The notes beneath the pieces are model-generated. The model ran no database searches. It was given only the letters and a program-made list of their open reading frames with translations, and had not been told where the DNA came from. A stretch of 64,000 nucleotides of DNA from Mobula hypostoma (Eukaryota): the NCBI RefSeq assembly GCF_963921235.1, contig NC_086097.1, forward strand, positions 78,308,001 to 78,372,000, given 5' to 3'. A program made the translations under genes and the position numbers. This document shows positions 50,330 to 63,032 of this stretch, piece by piece; position 1 is the first letter of the stretch, and each line of letters starts with the position of its first letter.

Positions 50330-50909
50330 TACATGTGCCCTGCACAGGCATATGTGATTACAATACCCATGCTACCAATTACACCACTAACCTCAAACGT
50401 TTCTTCTTTCATCATACCCTCATCACTCACCTATCATCAATTTCTAACAGTTAGGATCTAGACACCTGTATTTCTTTTATCTCACTTTAGCAGAGCAACA
50501 AAATTGGCCTTTACTGATAAAAAATCATATCCTGCCAAGTCATGTTTTAGTTCATCTTTAGTTAGGCATTAATAAACATTAATTAATCTCATAGTCACAT
50601 CATATAACTTGCACATATAGAAACATAGAAACATAAAAAACCTACAGCACAATACAGGCCCTTTGGCCCATAATGCTGTGCTGAACATGTACTTACTTTA
50701 GAAATTATCTACGGTTACCCAAAGCCCTCTGTTTTTCTTATATTCTTTTTATTTTTTATTACAAACAAACAAACAAAAATACAGCACATCCACAAAAACC
50801 ACGACCTTGGCAAAATCAAATTAACTATTGAGCAGCAAAAGGGAGAAAAATATAAAGACAGAAGTAAACATACACAGCAGAGGTACACTGCACCAAAAAA
50901 CCTCAGTCC

Positions 50910-53900
50910 TCACCCAATAAGAAAGTCCAATACAGGGCCCCATATCCTTTCAAAGATGTCCCCTCTGTCCTCATTACACAGCCTCAGTCTCTCCAAATGT
51001 AAAGTATTTGCCAGTTCTCTCAGCCACAGATCGTACGTAGGCACAGAGTCCATTTTCCACATTTGCAGGATGAACTTCTTAGCAATCACCATTCCAAACA
51101 ATACAGCCATTTTTTCATACGTATTGGCTGAAGATAGGGAGCTTGTTTCTCCAAGGACGGCTATGAGAAGGTCTGGTTCCCACCGCTTCTCAAAAGCCTC
51201 AGAGAAACAGTGAAAAGTACTTCTCCAGTATGCATAAAGCTTACAACATGACCAGAATGAACATGACAAGTTAATGTTCACAGATTTACATTTATTACAA
51301 ACTAGTGAAACATCAGGGTAGAAACTGTGCAACTTTTCTTTGGAATAATGGAGTCTATGTATTGTTTTGAACTGTATAAGTCTGTATCTGACATTGACCG
51401 AACAATCATGTATACTCTTTAAACATTCATCCCAGACCTCCTCTGTCAGTTCTATACCCAATTCATCCACCCATGCCTGTTTAAGACCTGCAGTATTCAC
51501 CCAAGCTCCATTATGTAGGATCTGATAAAAATAGGATACCGCACTACGAGAAACAGGATCAAATTTATTTATTGCCTCCAGGGATTCATGTTTGTCTAAA
51601 ACTTCGAAGTTAGGTATATATTTCCTAACATAATCTCGAATCTGTAAATATCTAAAAAAAACTAAATGCAGGGATATTGTAAACTGCTTGTAACTGTGCA
51701 AATGAGGCAAAGTTTCCATTAACATATAGGTCACCTACACCACAGATGCCTCTCTGTTTCCAGGTAGAAAAAACAGTATCATTCAGGCCAGGCAAAAAAG
51801 AATGATTGTCACAAATCGGAGTGTCAATATAAGTTTTTGGGGCCCTAATGTGTAATTGAATCTGCTTCCAAATTCTTATAGTGCTGCCAACCACGAAGCT
51901 GTGACTTATTAACTGCAGTGGGGCTATTAAGGAGAGCTGGTAAGGAAGTCTTCTTACAAAGCATTCGCTCTATGAGTAACCATGCTGGGCATGAGTCTGA
52001 GGTAGAGGGTGGGCCTTTTTTCCACCATGCAAGAATGGATAGGTGGGCAGCCTAGTAATACATTTTAATGTCCGGTAGGGCAAAACCACCTGCTTCCTTG
52101 GGCTTTGACAAGTATTTTTTTAGTAATTTTAATGGCTTTATAATTCCAAATGAAGGGTATAATAATTGAATCCAATTGCTTAAAATATGACAGAGGAATA
52201 AAACATGGAATTGACTGGAAAAGATTAAGAAATCATGGCAGTACAATCATCTTGATTGTGTTAACCCTCCCCACCAAAGAAATTGGAAGGGTTTTCCAAA
52301 AGTCAATATTGCGTTTAACCTGCTCAAATTTGTTTCGCCAATTCACTTGCAAAAAGGTCATCTGGGTTTTTTGTAATAGTCACACCAAGATAGGAAAAAT
52401 TATCGTAAGTTATTTTAAAGGGAATGGACTGTAAATACGCTGTATTAACCACTGCAGTGACTGACATTAGTTCACTCTTTTCCCAATTGATAGAGAAACC
52501 TGAGAAACTACCAAGATTATTAATTAGACTCAGAAGGGCGGGTATTGATGATTGTGGGCTGGAGATATATAAAAGGATATCATCAGCATATAACAAAAGG
52601 TGATGTTTATGCCGATGCATATCAATGGGAGATATCAAAGGGTCCTGTCGGATGCTAACAGCCAGTGGCTCAATGATAACTGCAAACAAAAATGGAGAAG
52701 AGGGGCAGCCTTGACGAGTCCCATGATAAATTGTAAAAGGGGAGGAAATATTCTGAATAGTGATAATAGAAGCCGATGGGTGTGAATAAATTATCTCAAT
52801 CTATTTAATGAAAGATGGTCCAAATCCAAACTTCTTAAGTGCAAACATCATATATGGCCATTCCACTTGGTCAAATGCACGTTGCACATCTAGTGAAATG
52901 ACCACAGCCTCTTCTGCATGTTTTGTATATAAAATATTGAAATGATGATGCAAATTGAAATACATATGTCTACCTGGCATAAAGCCAGTTTGATCTGGAT
53001 GAATAATAGAACGAATACATTATTTTAATCTATTGGCCAGGACTTTCCCAAGAATTTTGGTTTCAATGGGCAGCAGCGAAATGGGGCGAATGATGAAACC
53101 ACCTCGGCATCATGGCCGGGTTTTGGAATCAGAGAAACATTGGCTTTACGTAAAGTGGGTGGCAATCTGGAAGCTGTCCTAGAGTGATTCAACATTCGTA
53201 AGAGTAGAGGTGACAATTTTGGACCAAATACTTTGAAGAATTCCATGCTAAAACCATCCGGACCCGCTGCCTTATTATTGGGGAGGGAAGAGATTACCTT
53301 CTTGATCTCATCTAGGCTTTTATCAGCATCAAGTGTATTTACTGAATCTGTTGACAGTGTGGGCAGATTCAGATTATCAAAAAATGCTTCCATAGCTTCA
53401 ACGTCCAGATTGCCTTGTGATTGGTAAATATTAGCATAGAACTCCGCAAAACACTTATTAATTTTTTCCGGGTCTGTCAATAAAAAGCCATCTTTCGCCT
53501 TTATATGATATATGGCCCTGAAGGCCTGCATCTGTCTTAACTGGCGGGCTAATAACTTATGGGGCTTTTCACTAAGCTCAAAATACCTCTGTCTGACTTG
53601 CGTCAGTAGTTTTGAAACACTCTTGGACATTATAGAATTATACTCATACCATAAAGCAGTAATCTTACTAAGTAGTCTGCTTCCTGGTTTATTTTGTAAG
53701 AAGCTTCCAGATTTGCCAACTGATCACCTACTTCAGTTAACCTTTTCTTGAATGTCCTTTTTTCCGCTGTCTCATATGCTGTTATGTAACCTCTAATAAC
53801 CACCTTCATGGCCTCCCAAAGAGTGGAATCATCAACACCACCCACATCATTGGTGCTTAAGTATAGATCTATCTTATCTGAAAGATAAGAGAAAAAATCC

Positions 53901-54694
53901 TTATCCTTTAGCAAAGCATTATTTAAACGCCAACTATATTCACCTCTTTTGTGGTTCAATTTGAGTATAAGGGAGACAGGAGCATGATCCGATATAAGTA
54001 TATTATGGCAAGTGCAACCGACTATTGACGAGACCAATTTCGAATCTAACAGAAAATAATCAATCCTAGAGTAGGATTTATATGCTGCAGAGAAATATGA
54101 AAAATCCTTCTTCATGGGATTAAGAAGCCTCCAAATATCCACCATGTTATACAATTGCATGAGATTATCAAGTGTTACACTATTTTTAAGTGAACAAACT
54201 TGGGGACGTTGTCTATCTAGTAGGGAGTTTAAGATGCAATTAAAGTCTCCACGTACAATTATGTTATAGTCAGACAGATTAGGTATGGCCTTAAAGAGGT
54301 TCTGAATAAAGAATTGGATCATCAAAGTTGGGCCCGTACACGTTCACTAGTGTCAATGGTATAGAATTTAATATTCCACTTACTATTACATATCTGCCCA
54401 TCTGGTCAGTGATAGTTTATGTATGAATAAACGGTATGGTCTTTTTATTAGGATTGCAACACTGCTAGTTTTAGTACTAAAGTTCAACTGGTAGACCTGA
54501 GATGCTCAGGAGGGACAAAGCACTTTCGCTGCTGTTTTCTTAATGTGCGTTTCTTGGAGAAAACAAATATCAGCTTTGAGTGTACGAGGATATGCATACA
54601 CCTTCCCTCTCTTCAGTGGACTATTCATTCCCCGTACATTCCAGCTGACAAGTTTAGTCTCACCAATGCTGTGCATATGGGAATTAGATGTCAT
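50910..54694 (-). pseudogene. L1 ORF2p (APE endonuclease, RT, C-terminal Cys motif), multiple frameshifts
   Basis: LVSWNVRG, FLQETH, SRIDYFL, ISDHAPV, KAAGPDGF, LYADDILLY and CNKC...SFWSC. Confidence 0.93.
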
Positions 54695-55107
54695 ATCTGC
54701 TGCTTAACAAAAAAAATATGCTGTATGGTCGTGGCATAACACAAACTGGAACTAGAACAAATAGATGTGCTGTAACAACCCCTTGAGAAACACAAAATAC
54801 CCTCCCAAAAATAAAAACACACCAGGAGTAGTACTTCCATACCCCTAACCTAGAGTCAAAACTATATCCAAGAGCCAACACATGGCCCGGAATAGTGAGA
54901 TAACTACCCATTACTCACTAAACACGGGAGAAACACCTCTTCACAAATACACTATGAAATATAAAAATAAACAATAACAATTAGTCCTCACCCACATCTT
55001 AAAGTGAGCTTATTTTTCAGTTCCTCATGCGCTGAACTAACAAACAGTCTCCAGATGAAGCTGCCATCGATCAACGACAAATCCAGTAACCCATTGTTAA
55101 TCCATTT

Positions 55108-55968
55108 TTAAGTTGATACGATGTCCAAATGCCAACCTTTAACTTCTCGGCTCAGGAACTCCTCCGCTACAGCTGCAGTGCTGAATGTACTGGTGGTATT
55201 GTTAACTGTAACCACAAACCTTTCCGGATACTGGAATCCACACCTAATTTTCCTGGCTTTGCATTTCTCCTTAATGTGCTGAAAATCTTGACATTTCCTC
55301 ATGGTAGCCGAGGTTAAATCCGGGTAAATGAACACCAGGCGCCCGTCATATAGCAGCGGAGCTCTCTCCCTGGACAATCGTAGCACCAGCTCTTTAACCT
55401 GGTAGTGGTGTAGCCTCGCAATAATAGCTCTTGGCCTACCATTTTCAGCAGGTGCTAGGCTCCAGTAGGCATGGTCCACTTCAATCGGCTGGTGGGAACG
55501 TTCTTCCCCCAGCAACGTGGCTACAAATTCTGTCGGCGTATTGTTTTCGGCTTTCTCCGGAACCCCAATAATGCGAATGTTTTGACGGTGAGACCGAGCT
55601 TCAAGGTCATCCAACTTAGCCTATAGCTGTGTGGTTTGGGATATTAGGCTTTCAAGCCGCCTCTCCAACTCATCGATTCGCCTCTCATACGATTTGGCGG
55701 TATCCTCAATTAAAGAAACATGCTTACTGACTTCAGTTAGAGCCGCTGTTAGGTTCATGATTGACTTACTATGCTCTGCATGTCTCCCGTCTACCAAACT
55801 GTACAGTTTGTTTACTGCCACAAGGACTTCTTCAATGGTAGTTGGGACCGGGGCCCCAGCAGCATTGGCTTTAGCTTCTCCTGGGCCCACTAGCTTCACG
55901 GAGCCCTCGTCAGGATCTTCTTCTCGTGCACCCTTTTCTTGTTTCTTCCCTTTACCTGGCTTCGTCAT
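55108..55968 (-). pseudogene. L1 ORF1p (coiled coil plus RRM/CTD), one in-frame stop
   Basis: MTKPGKG...YERRIDELERRL...*AKLDDLEARSHRQNIRIIGVPE...RPRAIIARL...FIYPDLT; TAG at 55621-55623, same frame on both sides. Confidence 0.92.
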
Positions 55969-58900
55969 TTCATTCAGCCTGTTACAGCTCACTTCAGTCT
56001 CTTAAAAAATAAGAATTAACTGCTGTTTGGGTGAGGCAAAGGTGAAGGTAGGTGCAGCTCCTGGGACACACGTCCACTCCATACCAGGACCCCACGTGAC
56101 ACCCCCCTCTGTTTTTCTAAGCTCCATGTACCTGTCCAGGAGTCTCTTAAGAGACCCTATCGTATCCACCTCCACCACCATCGCTGGCAGCCTACCCCAC
56201 GCACTCACCACTCTCTGCGTAAAAAACTTAGCCCTGACATCTCCTCTGTACCTACTTTCAAGCACCTTAAAACTGTACCCTCTCGTGTTAGCCATTTCAG
56301 CCCTAGGAAAAAGCCTCTGACTATCCACATGATCAATGCCTCTCATCATCTTATACACCTCTATCAGGTCGCCTCTCATGCTCTGCCGCTCCAAGGAGAA
56401 AAGGCCGAGTTCACTCAACCTCTTCCCATAAGGTATGCTCCCCAATCCTGGGAACATCCTTGTAAATCTTCTCTGCACCCTTTCTATAGTTTCCACATCA
56501 TTTCTGTAGTGAGGTGACCTGAAATGAGCACAGTACTCCAAGTAGGGTCTGAACAGGGTCCTATGTAGCTGTAACATTACCTCTCAGCTCTTAAACTCAA
56601 TCCCATGGTTGGTGAAGGCCAATGCACTGTATGTTTTTTTAACCACAGAGTGCCCTATGAATTCGGACCCCAAGATCCCTCTGATCCTCCACACTGCCAA
56701 GAGTCTTACCATTAATACTATATTCTGCCATCATATTTGGCCTACCAAAGTGAACCACCTCACACTTATCTGGGTTAACCTCCAACTGCCACTTCTCAGC
56801 CCAGTTTTGCATCCCATCAATGTCCTACTGTAACCTCTGACAGCCCTTCACTCTACCCATAACAGCCCCAACCTTTGTGTCATCAGCAAATTTACTAACC
56901 CATCCCTCCACTTCCTCATCCAGTTCATTTATAAAAACCACGAAGAGAAGGGGGTCCCAGAACAGAATCCTGAGGCACACCACTGGTCACCAACCTCCTT
57001 GCAAATTATGACCTGTCTACAACTACTCTTTGCCTTCTATGGGCAGGCCAAATCTGGATCCACAAAACAAGATCCCCTTGGATCCCATGCCTCCTTACTT
57101 TCTCAATAAGCCTTGCATGGGTACCTTATCAAGTGCCTTGCTGAAATCCATATACACTACATCTACTACTCTACCTTCATCAACATGTTTAGTCACATCC
57201 TCAAAAAATTCAATCAGGCTCGTAAGGCACGACCTGCCTTTGACAAAGCCATGCTGACTATTTCTAATCATATTATGCCTCTCCAAATGTTTATAAATCC
57301 TGTCTCTCAGGATCTCTCCATCAACTTACCAACCACTGAAGTAAGACTCACTGGTCTATAATTTCCTGGGCTATGTCTACTCTCTTTCTTGAACAAGGGA
57401 ATAACATCTACAACCCTCCAATCCTCCGGAACCTCTTCCGTCCCCATTGATGATGCAAAGATCATTGCCAGAGGCTCAGCAATCTCCTCCCTCACCTCCC
57501 ACGGTAGCCTGGGGTACATCTCGTCCAGTCACGGAGACTTATCCAACTTGATGCTTTCCAAAAGCTCCAGCACATCCTCTTTCTTAATGTCTATATGCTC
57601 AAGCTTTTCAATCCGCTGTAAGTCATCTCTACAACTGCCAAGATCCTTTTCCGTAGTGAATACTGATGCAAAGTATTCATTAAGTACCTCTGCTATCTCC
57701 ACTGGTTCCGTACACACTTTTCCACTGTCACACTTAGTTGGTCCTATTCTCTCATGCCTTATCCTCTTGCTCTTCACATACTTGAAGAATGCCTTGGGGT
57801 TTTCCTTAATCCTGTCCGCCAATGCCTTCTCATGGCCCCTTCTGGCTCTCCTAATTTCATTCCTTAGCTCCTTCCTACTTAGTTTGTTATACCTTTCGTA
57901 AGCTTTTCTTTTCTTCTTGACTAGATTTTCAACAGCCTTTGTACACCATGGTTCCTGTACCCTACCATCCTTTCCCTGCCTCATTGGAACGTACCTATGC
58001 AGAATCCCATGCAAATATCCCCTGAACATTTGCCACATTTCTGCCATACATTTCCCTGAGAACACCTGTTCCCAGTTTATGCTTCCAAGTTCCTGTCTGA
58101 TAGCTTCATATTTCCCCTTACTCCAATTAAACACTTTCCTAACTTGTCTGTTCCTATCTCTCTCCAATGCTAAGGTAAAGGAGATAGAATTGTGATCACT
58201 ATCCCCAAAATGTTCTCCCACTGAGAGACCTGACACCTGACCAGGTTCATTTCCCAACACCAGATCAAGTACAGACTCTCCTCTTGTAGGCTTATCTACA
58301 TATTGTGTCAGGAAACCTTCCTGAACACACCTAACAAATTCCACCCCATCTAAACCCCTTGCTCTATTTGGAAAATTAAAATCTCCCACCATGACAACCC
58401 TGTTATTATTACACCTTTCCAGAATCTGTCACCCTATCTGCTCCTCGATGTCCCTGTTACTATTGGGTGGTTTATAAATAACACCCAGTAGAGTTATTGA
58501 CCCCTTCCTGTTTCTAAACTTCCACCCACAGAGACTCAGTAGACAAACCCTCCATGACTTCCTCCTTTTCTGTAGCTGTGACACTATCTCTGAGCAGCAG
58601 TGCCACTCCCCCACCTCTTTTGCCTTCCTCCCTGTCCTTTCTGAAATATCTAAAGCCTGGCACTCTAAGTAACCATTCCTGCCCCTGAGCCATCCAAATC
58701 TCTGTAATGTCCACAACATCATAGTTCCAAATACTAATCTATGCTCTAAGCTCTTCCCCTTTGTTCATGATGCTTCCTGCATTAAAATAGACATTTCAAA
58801 CAATCAGTCTGAGTGCATCCCTTCTCCATCACCTGCCTATCCTTCCTCTTGCACTGTCTCCAAGCTTTCTCTATTTGTGAGCCAACCACCCCTCCGTCTC

Positions 58901-59405
58901 TTCAGTTCAGTTCCCATCTAGTTTAAACACATTGCTAGATATTCAACTGCAACAATCATATTGTCTATCACTGATTGGCACACCTTCTCTCTTGGAGCAG
59001 CTGATTATTTGGGACAACTCAAAGAATAAAAACTAATCGAGTATGTTGCAATTACTTTGAAGTCATACAGTTCCAATTTAATCGGAGAATAAAACATATC
59101 CAACAATAATTTTTTTACTTGTTTTATAGACAAGAATTAGTTTGGTTAGCCAAAGTCATGACATAAAGCTCCTTTCTGTGCAAGGCTTCAGCCTAGAGAA
59201 CTCTCCCAGTACTTTCTTCAAATTTCCTTTGGAATGATTGTCTTAAGTAATTTTGGAATTTTATCATGGTTAAGTGAGCTGTAAGTGCTCACCACTGATT
59301 GCAAGGTCTGTCCTATTGTTGGCTTCTGTGGTTCAGGTTGGAAAATGCTCTTTGTAAACTGTGGGCATACAGTACATGACCTTCTGTTGAGAGCCTTTAT
59401 ACACA

Positions 59406-59438
59406 TCCTCCTCCTCCTCCTCCTCCTCCTCCTCCTCT
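59406..59438. repeat. (cct)n trinucleotide microsatellite
   Basis: About 10-11 perfect tcc/cct units. Confidence 0.9.
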
Positions 59439-61220
59439 TTCTTCTTGTACTGGCTCATCCTTCTAGATATTACATCTGCTTATTCTCCCAGTTACAGTGT
59501 ACTTCACGGAGGATATGTACGAATGAATATACACCTGGTCATTTTTGGCTTATGAAGGAGCATTGAGATTCATTGACTCGCAGGACTTCTTAAAACGCAT
59601 CTAACATTTGCTTACTAACAACATCCAGACAGTAACTGACTACTCTCATCTGGAGTATTACTTCATGAACAAATAAATAGACATAATACATCTGCTCAGC
59701 TGGTTTTCATTTCATGATTTTTAACTTTTCTATGTGGGTTAGTCTGGTAGGATTTGTTTTTGTCAATATTTTCAAACAAACATTAAAAAATAATGGAAAG
59801 TAGCAATGGTAAAATCAGTATGATTCCACTGCAACTTGTGAAAGATAAAGGTATATTTTCATGGAAACTGGAATAGGTCAGGCCGCCTGTTCTGCCATGT
59901 TATTATCTACGGCATCTTAATTTGTTATAAAGTCAAACTTTCACCAACTTTGCCTCCTTTAAGTGTCCTTATATCATAAGAATAAAGCTATCAATAAGAC
60001 AACTACATTTATTCTGCATATGATAATGGAAAACATTGAATCATAAAAGATTATGATATGGAAGGAAGCAATTCAACCAATCAGGTCAATGGCAGCCAAA
60101 ATTTTAGCAATTTTGATTATTCTTCTTTTTCAATGCTCAATCTAGAGCCTTGAAGACTATGACTTTTCAAGTATTTATCCAGATCCATTTTAAATGTGGG
60201 ATTTCTGCTCCACCATACTTCCATGTGATGAATCCCAAACCTCCATTCATCTACAAGTGAACAATCTCAATGCCTTTCTAATATTTCAGGATTTTTCCTT
60301 GAAAACTACTATTTGCATTCTACATTTTCATAGCTTTTGTGTTGCTATATTCTTCGGGATTATTTTTCATAGTTTCAATGTGACCTGTGAAAGGAAGAAT
60401 AGGTAATGACGTATGTGACAAACTGTACAATATCTTATACTGTACTTAGTACCATTTAACTTAGTGTTTTCTTAATTCATAATCCTCTGGTTTATAGCTT
60501 GTTATTCTAAATAGTAGCAGCATTTTGGCACCTTCTTCAACTTTACACCTCCCACAATCAAAACAATTTATGTACTTATAAAGCTAACAACATTGAACCA
60601 AAGCTGCAGTAAATCCACAGTGATTATACTTACACAACAGTTCCTCAGATTCTCAGAAGAATTTCAACTGTTCTCAACTAGAATAATACTAATTAGTGTT
60701 AAAACTATGTCTGAACCTTTTTTGACAGATACCACAGCATCCTTTGTCTAAATCATCCATGTATAACCTAAGCTTAGAACTAGCAATAAAAGATGCTAAA
60801 GGTACATTGCTATTGGCTAATTGGAAAACAGAGATTTTGCCAAATACATAAGCTCTGGCTTTTTCAAACAAGAAAAATATTTTCCTTTAGATTTGCACAT
60901 TTTAATGTCCCAGGGTAACGATCTCCACCTCAAACCAATTCCCAGATTCATGCTGACATTAAATGAAGAGACAGCAGTAAATTACTTTCTTCCTATTCCC
61001 ACAGCCAACCTGATACCTGCAGTTATATTCATTCTGGGAATAATAACTAAGTTCCTTGCTCACAAATCTCTGAACAATGGAGCTAGGACATAACTACAGA
61101 GTAAGTCATAGACATTCTTGGTGATTTGAGCAGAAAACCCATTGTATAATGGATTGAGCAACACACATCAAAGTTGCTGGTGAACGCAGCAGGCCAGGCA
61201 GCATCTCTAGGAAGAGGTAC

Positions 61221-61256
61221 AGTCGACATTTCGGGCCGAGACCCTTCGTCAGAACT
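61221..61256 (-). ncRNA. Minimal type-I hammerhead ribozyme motif (core intact)
   Basis: Minus strand: AGUU-CUGACGA-A-GGGU(CUCG)GCCC-GAAA-UGUC^GACU, giving stem I AGUU/GACU, stem II and a loop-less helix III. Confidence 0.7.
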
Positions 61257-61262
61257 AACGTT

Positions 61263-61298
61263 AGTTCTGACGGAGGGTCTCGGCCTGAAACGTCAACT
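61263..61298 (+). ncRNA. Minimal hammerhead-like motif (variant core)
   Basis: AGUU-CUGACGG-A-GGGU(CUCG)GCCU-GAAA-CGUC^AACU; stem I pairs perfectly, but position 9 is altered. Confidence 0.55.
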
Positions 61299-63032
61299 GT
61301 ACCTCTTCCTAGAGATGCTGCCTGGCCTACTGCATTCACCAGCAACTTTGATGTGTGTTGCTTGAATTTCCAGCATCTGCAGAATTCCTGTTGTTTGCAT
61401 ATAATGGGTTGAGTAAGGTTGATGTATCACTAAAGGAGTGTGAGGCTGCTTGTGTTTATTTAAACAATTTACCCTATTTCAAAATGTCAGCAAACAATTG
61501 ATATTTTATTGTGAATGTGATGTTGTTTTACAAAGGTAGTAGACCTATGACTGTAAATATGTAAACCTAAAAATATACATCTGCTCCTTCTATTCAATGA
61601 TTGCATTATTCGTTTTCATAACATCAGGTCAAAGAGCATTCTACAAAAAATATTTTTTTCATCTTAATGCATGGACGTCACAATCAAAACCAGATTTAGT
61701 TTGCCAGTGAGGTACAAATGTACTAACAAATACAACATCTTAAATATTGCATATAAGGAAGAACAAGGAAGAGAAGAAGCTGTCCGAATCTAATGGGATG
61801 TATTGTAGAGGCACTTGAAATGCAAGGAATGAGAAAAAAATATCAGGCTAATTTTAGAAAATCAGCTGAGAAATGGCTCTCTGTTCCCTTAGCAAATTGA
61901 ACATGTATCAGGATAGCAATTACAAGACAAACTAATGCACCCACCTTTAAGACTCAAAATATCTTTTATTCATTGCAATTCATTAGGCAATCTTGCCATA
62001 TGGTGAACAAACATTCATTGCACATACTGCTAATGTATTCCAGAGATTAACATCCCACTGCAAAATGAATTTCTCACTGGCATCAAAATAATTCCTTTCA
62101 TTTGTTGAATATATTCCCCACTCTTAAGTTTTCCATTGCCTGTCAAATTTGGTAACCTATCTATTTGAATAGCTTCTTATCCTCCATTATGCTAAAGCTC
62201 AATCATATTCTCATAAAGAGTATACTTTCCCACAGCTTTCAAAAGAAATTCTAACTTTCCAAGTCAACCATGATTTCTAGAGGTCCTTAAGACAGCCATT
62301 AATCAAGTGACACACCCTGAATTTTAGGCCTAATTCAATATTCTCCACCAGTATTGTGGATTATCATCAGACACAATAATCCAGATGGATCCAAGAAAGT
62401 CACATTTTCATGATGAGAAATATGCTTTACTGCTTCTTATCATTCATCCCAGTTGTACAGCCTAAATTATTAGGGTTGTTTGTACTGGTATTCATGGATA
62501 GTCTGGATTGTGATTTTTTTATGATCATTAGCTGTTATACAATGTGTGCCTCTACCTTTCAACTTCTCTTGGTGAAAAATTCAAAGAGATCAGATTATTG
62601 TAGGTAATCACACCTGTAATAAGGTTAGAAGAGGCCATTTGACCCAATTGTGCTCATTCGGTTTATTTTGAAAAAGCAGTCATGCATGGTCCACAAGTGC
62701 ATTTTTGTCCATAAGTCTTATCCTCATCTTAAAATGCCTGAATAACTCTCTTTTCCAGCGGTGTTCCAAATCCTGAACATGCTAACCAAAGGGGGAAAAA
62801 AATCTCCTTACTTCCCCTGTGATTATTAAATGCAACATTTCTAGTTGATTCATCACTCACCAGATCATCCAAGCTTATTTCATATATAAAAACCCTCTTT
62901 GTTTATAAAACCTCAACACTTTCTTTGTTTCAAGGACAACAAGCCTTCTCATTTTCTTTAAATAATGATGTCCAAAGTTAAAAGTTGTAACTTCATTCGG
63001 TAACTAACCAATAGATTTTAACATTTTACTGT

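Larger units (their letters stand above)
50739..56104 (-). mobile_element. Full-length L1-clade LINE (about 5.37 kb), disabled
   Basis: 14-bp TSD ccctctgtttttct (50725-50738 and 56105-56118); A-rich tail; ORF1, spacer and ORF2 in order. Confidence 0.95.
50617..58920 (-). mobile_element. Long CR1 LINE (APE endonuclease, RT, 3' UTR) interrupted by L1
   Basis: ITEIWM, MVGDFNFP, GDSDHNSI, NYRPVSLTSVVGKL and VYMDFSKA motifs in 56105-58920; the 3' UTR with a (atagaaac)n tail continues at 50617-50738. Confidence 0.93.
61159..61399. mobile_element. Penelope-derived fold-back element: about 206-bp near-perfect palindrome plus a short pLTR tail
   Basis: Arms 61157-61259 and 61260-61362 are reverse complements around aactaac|gttagtt; 14-bp TSD tataatgg(a/g)ttgag (61145-61158 and 61400-61413). 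Confidence 0.92.

Noticed and set aside
56002..56577. 191-aa ORF
   Set aside because: CR1 ORF2 C-terminus reading through the L1 insertion junction into the L1 5' UTR.
59293..59460. Minus-strand poly-Glu ORF with a nearby gtgag donor
   Set aside because: The poly-Glu comes from a (cct)n microsatellite, and that frame stops before the donor.
61106..61365. Pair of near-identical ORFs on opposite strands
   Set aside because: A by-product of the palindrome; there is no evidence of coding.
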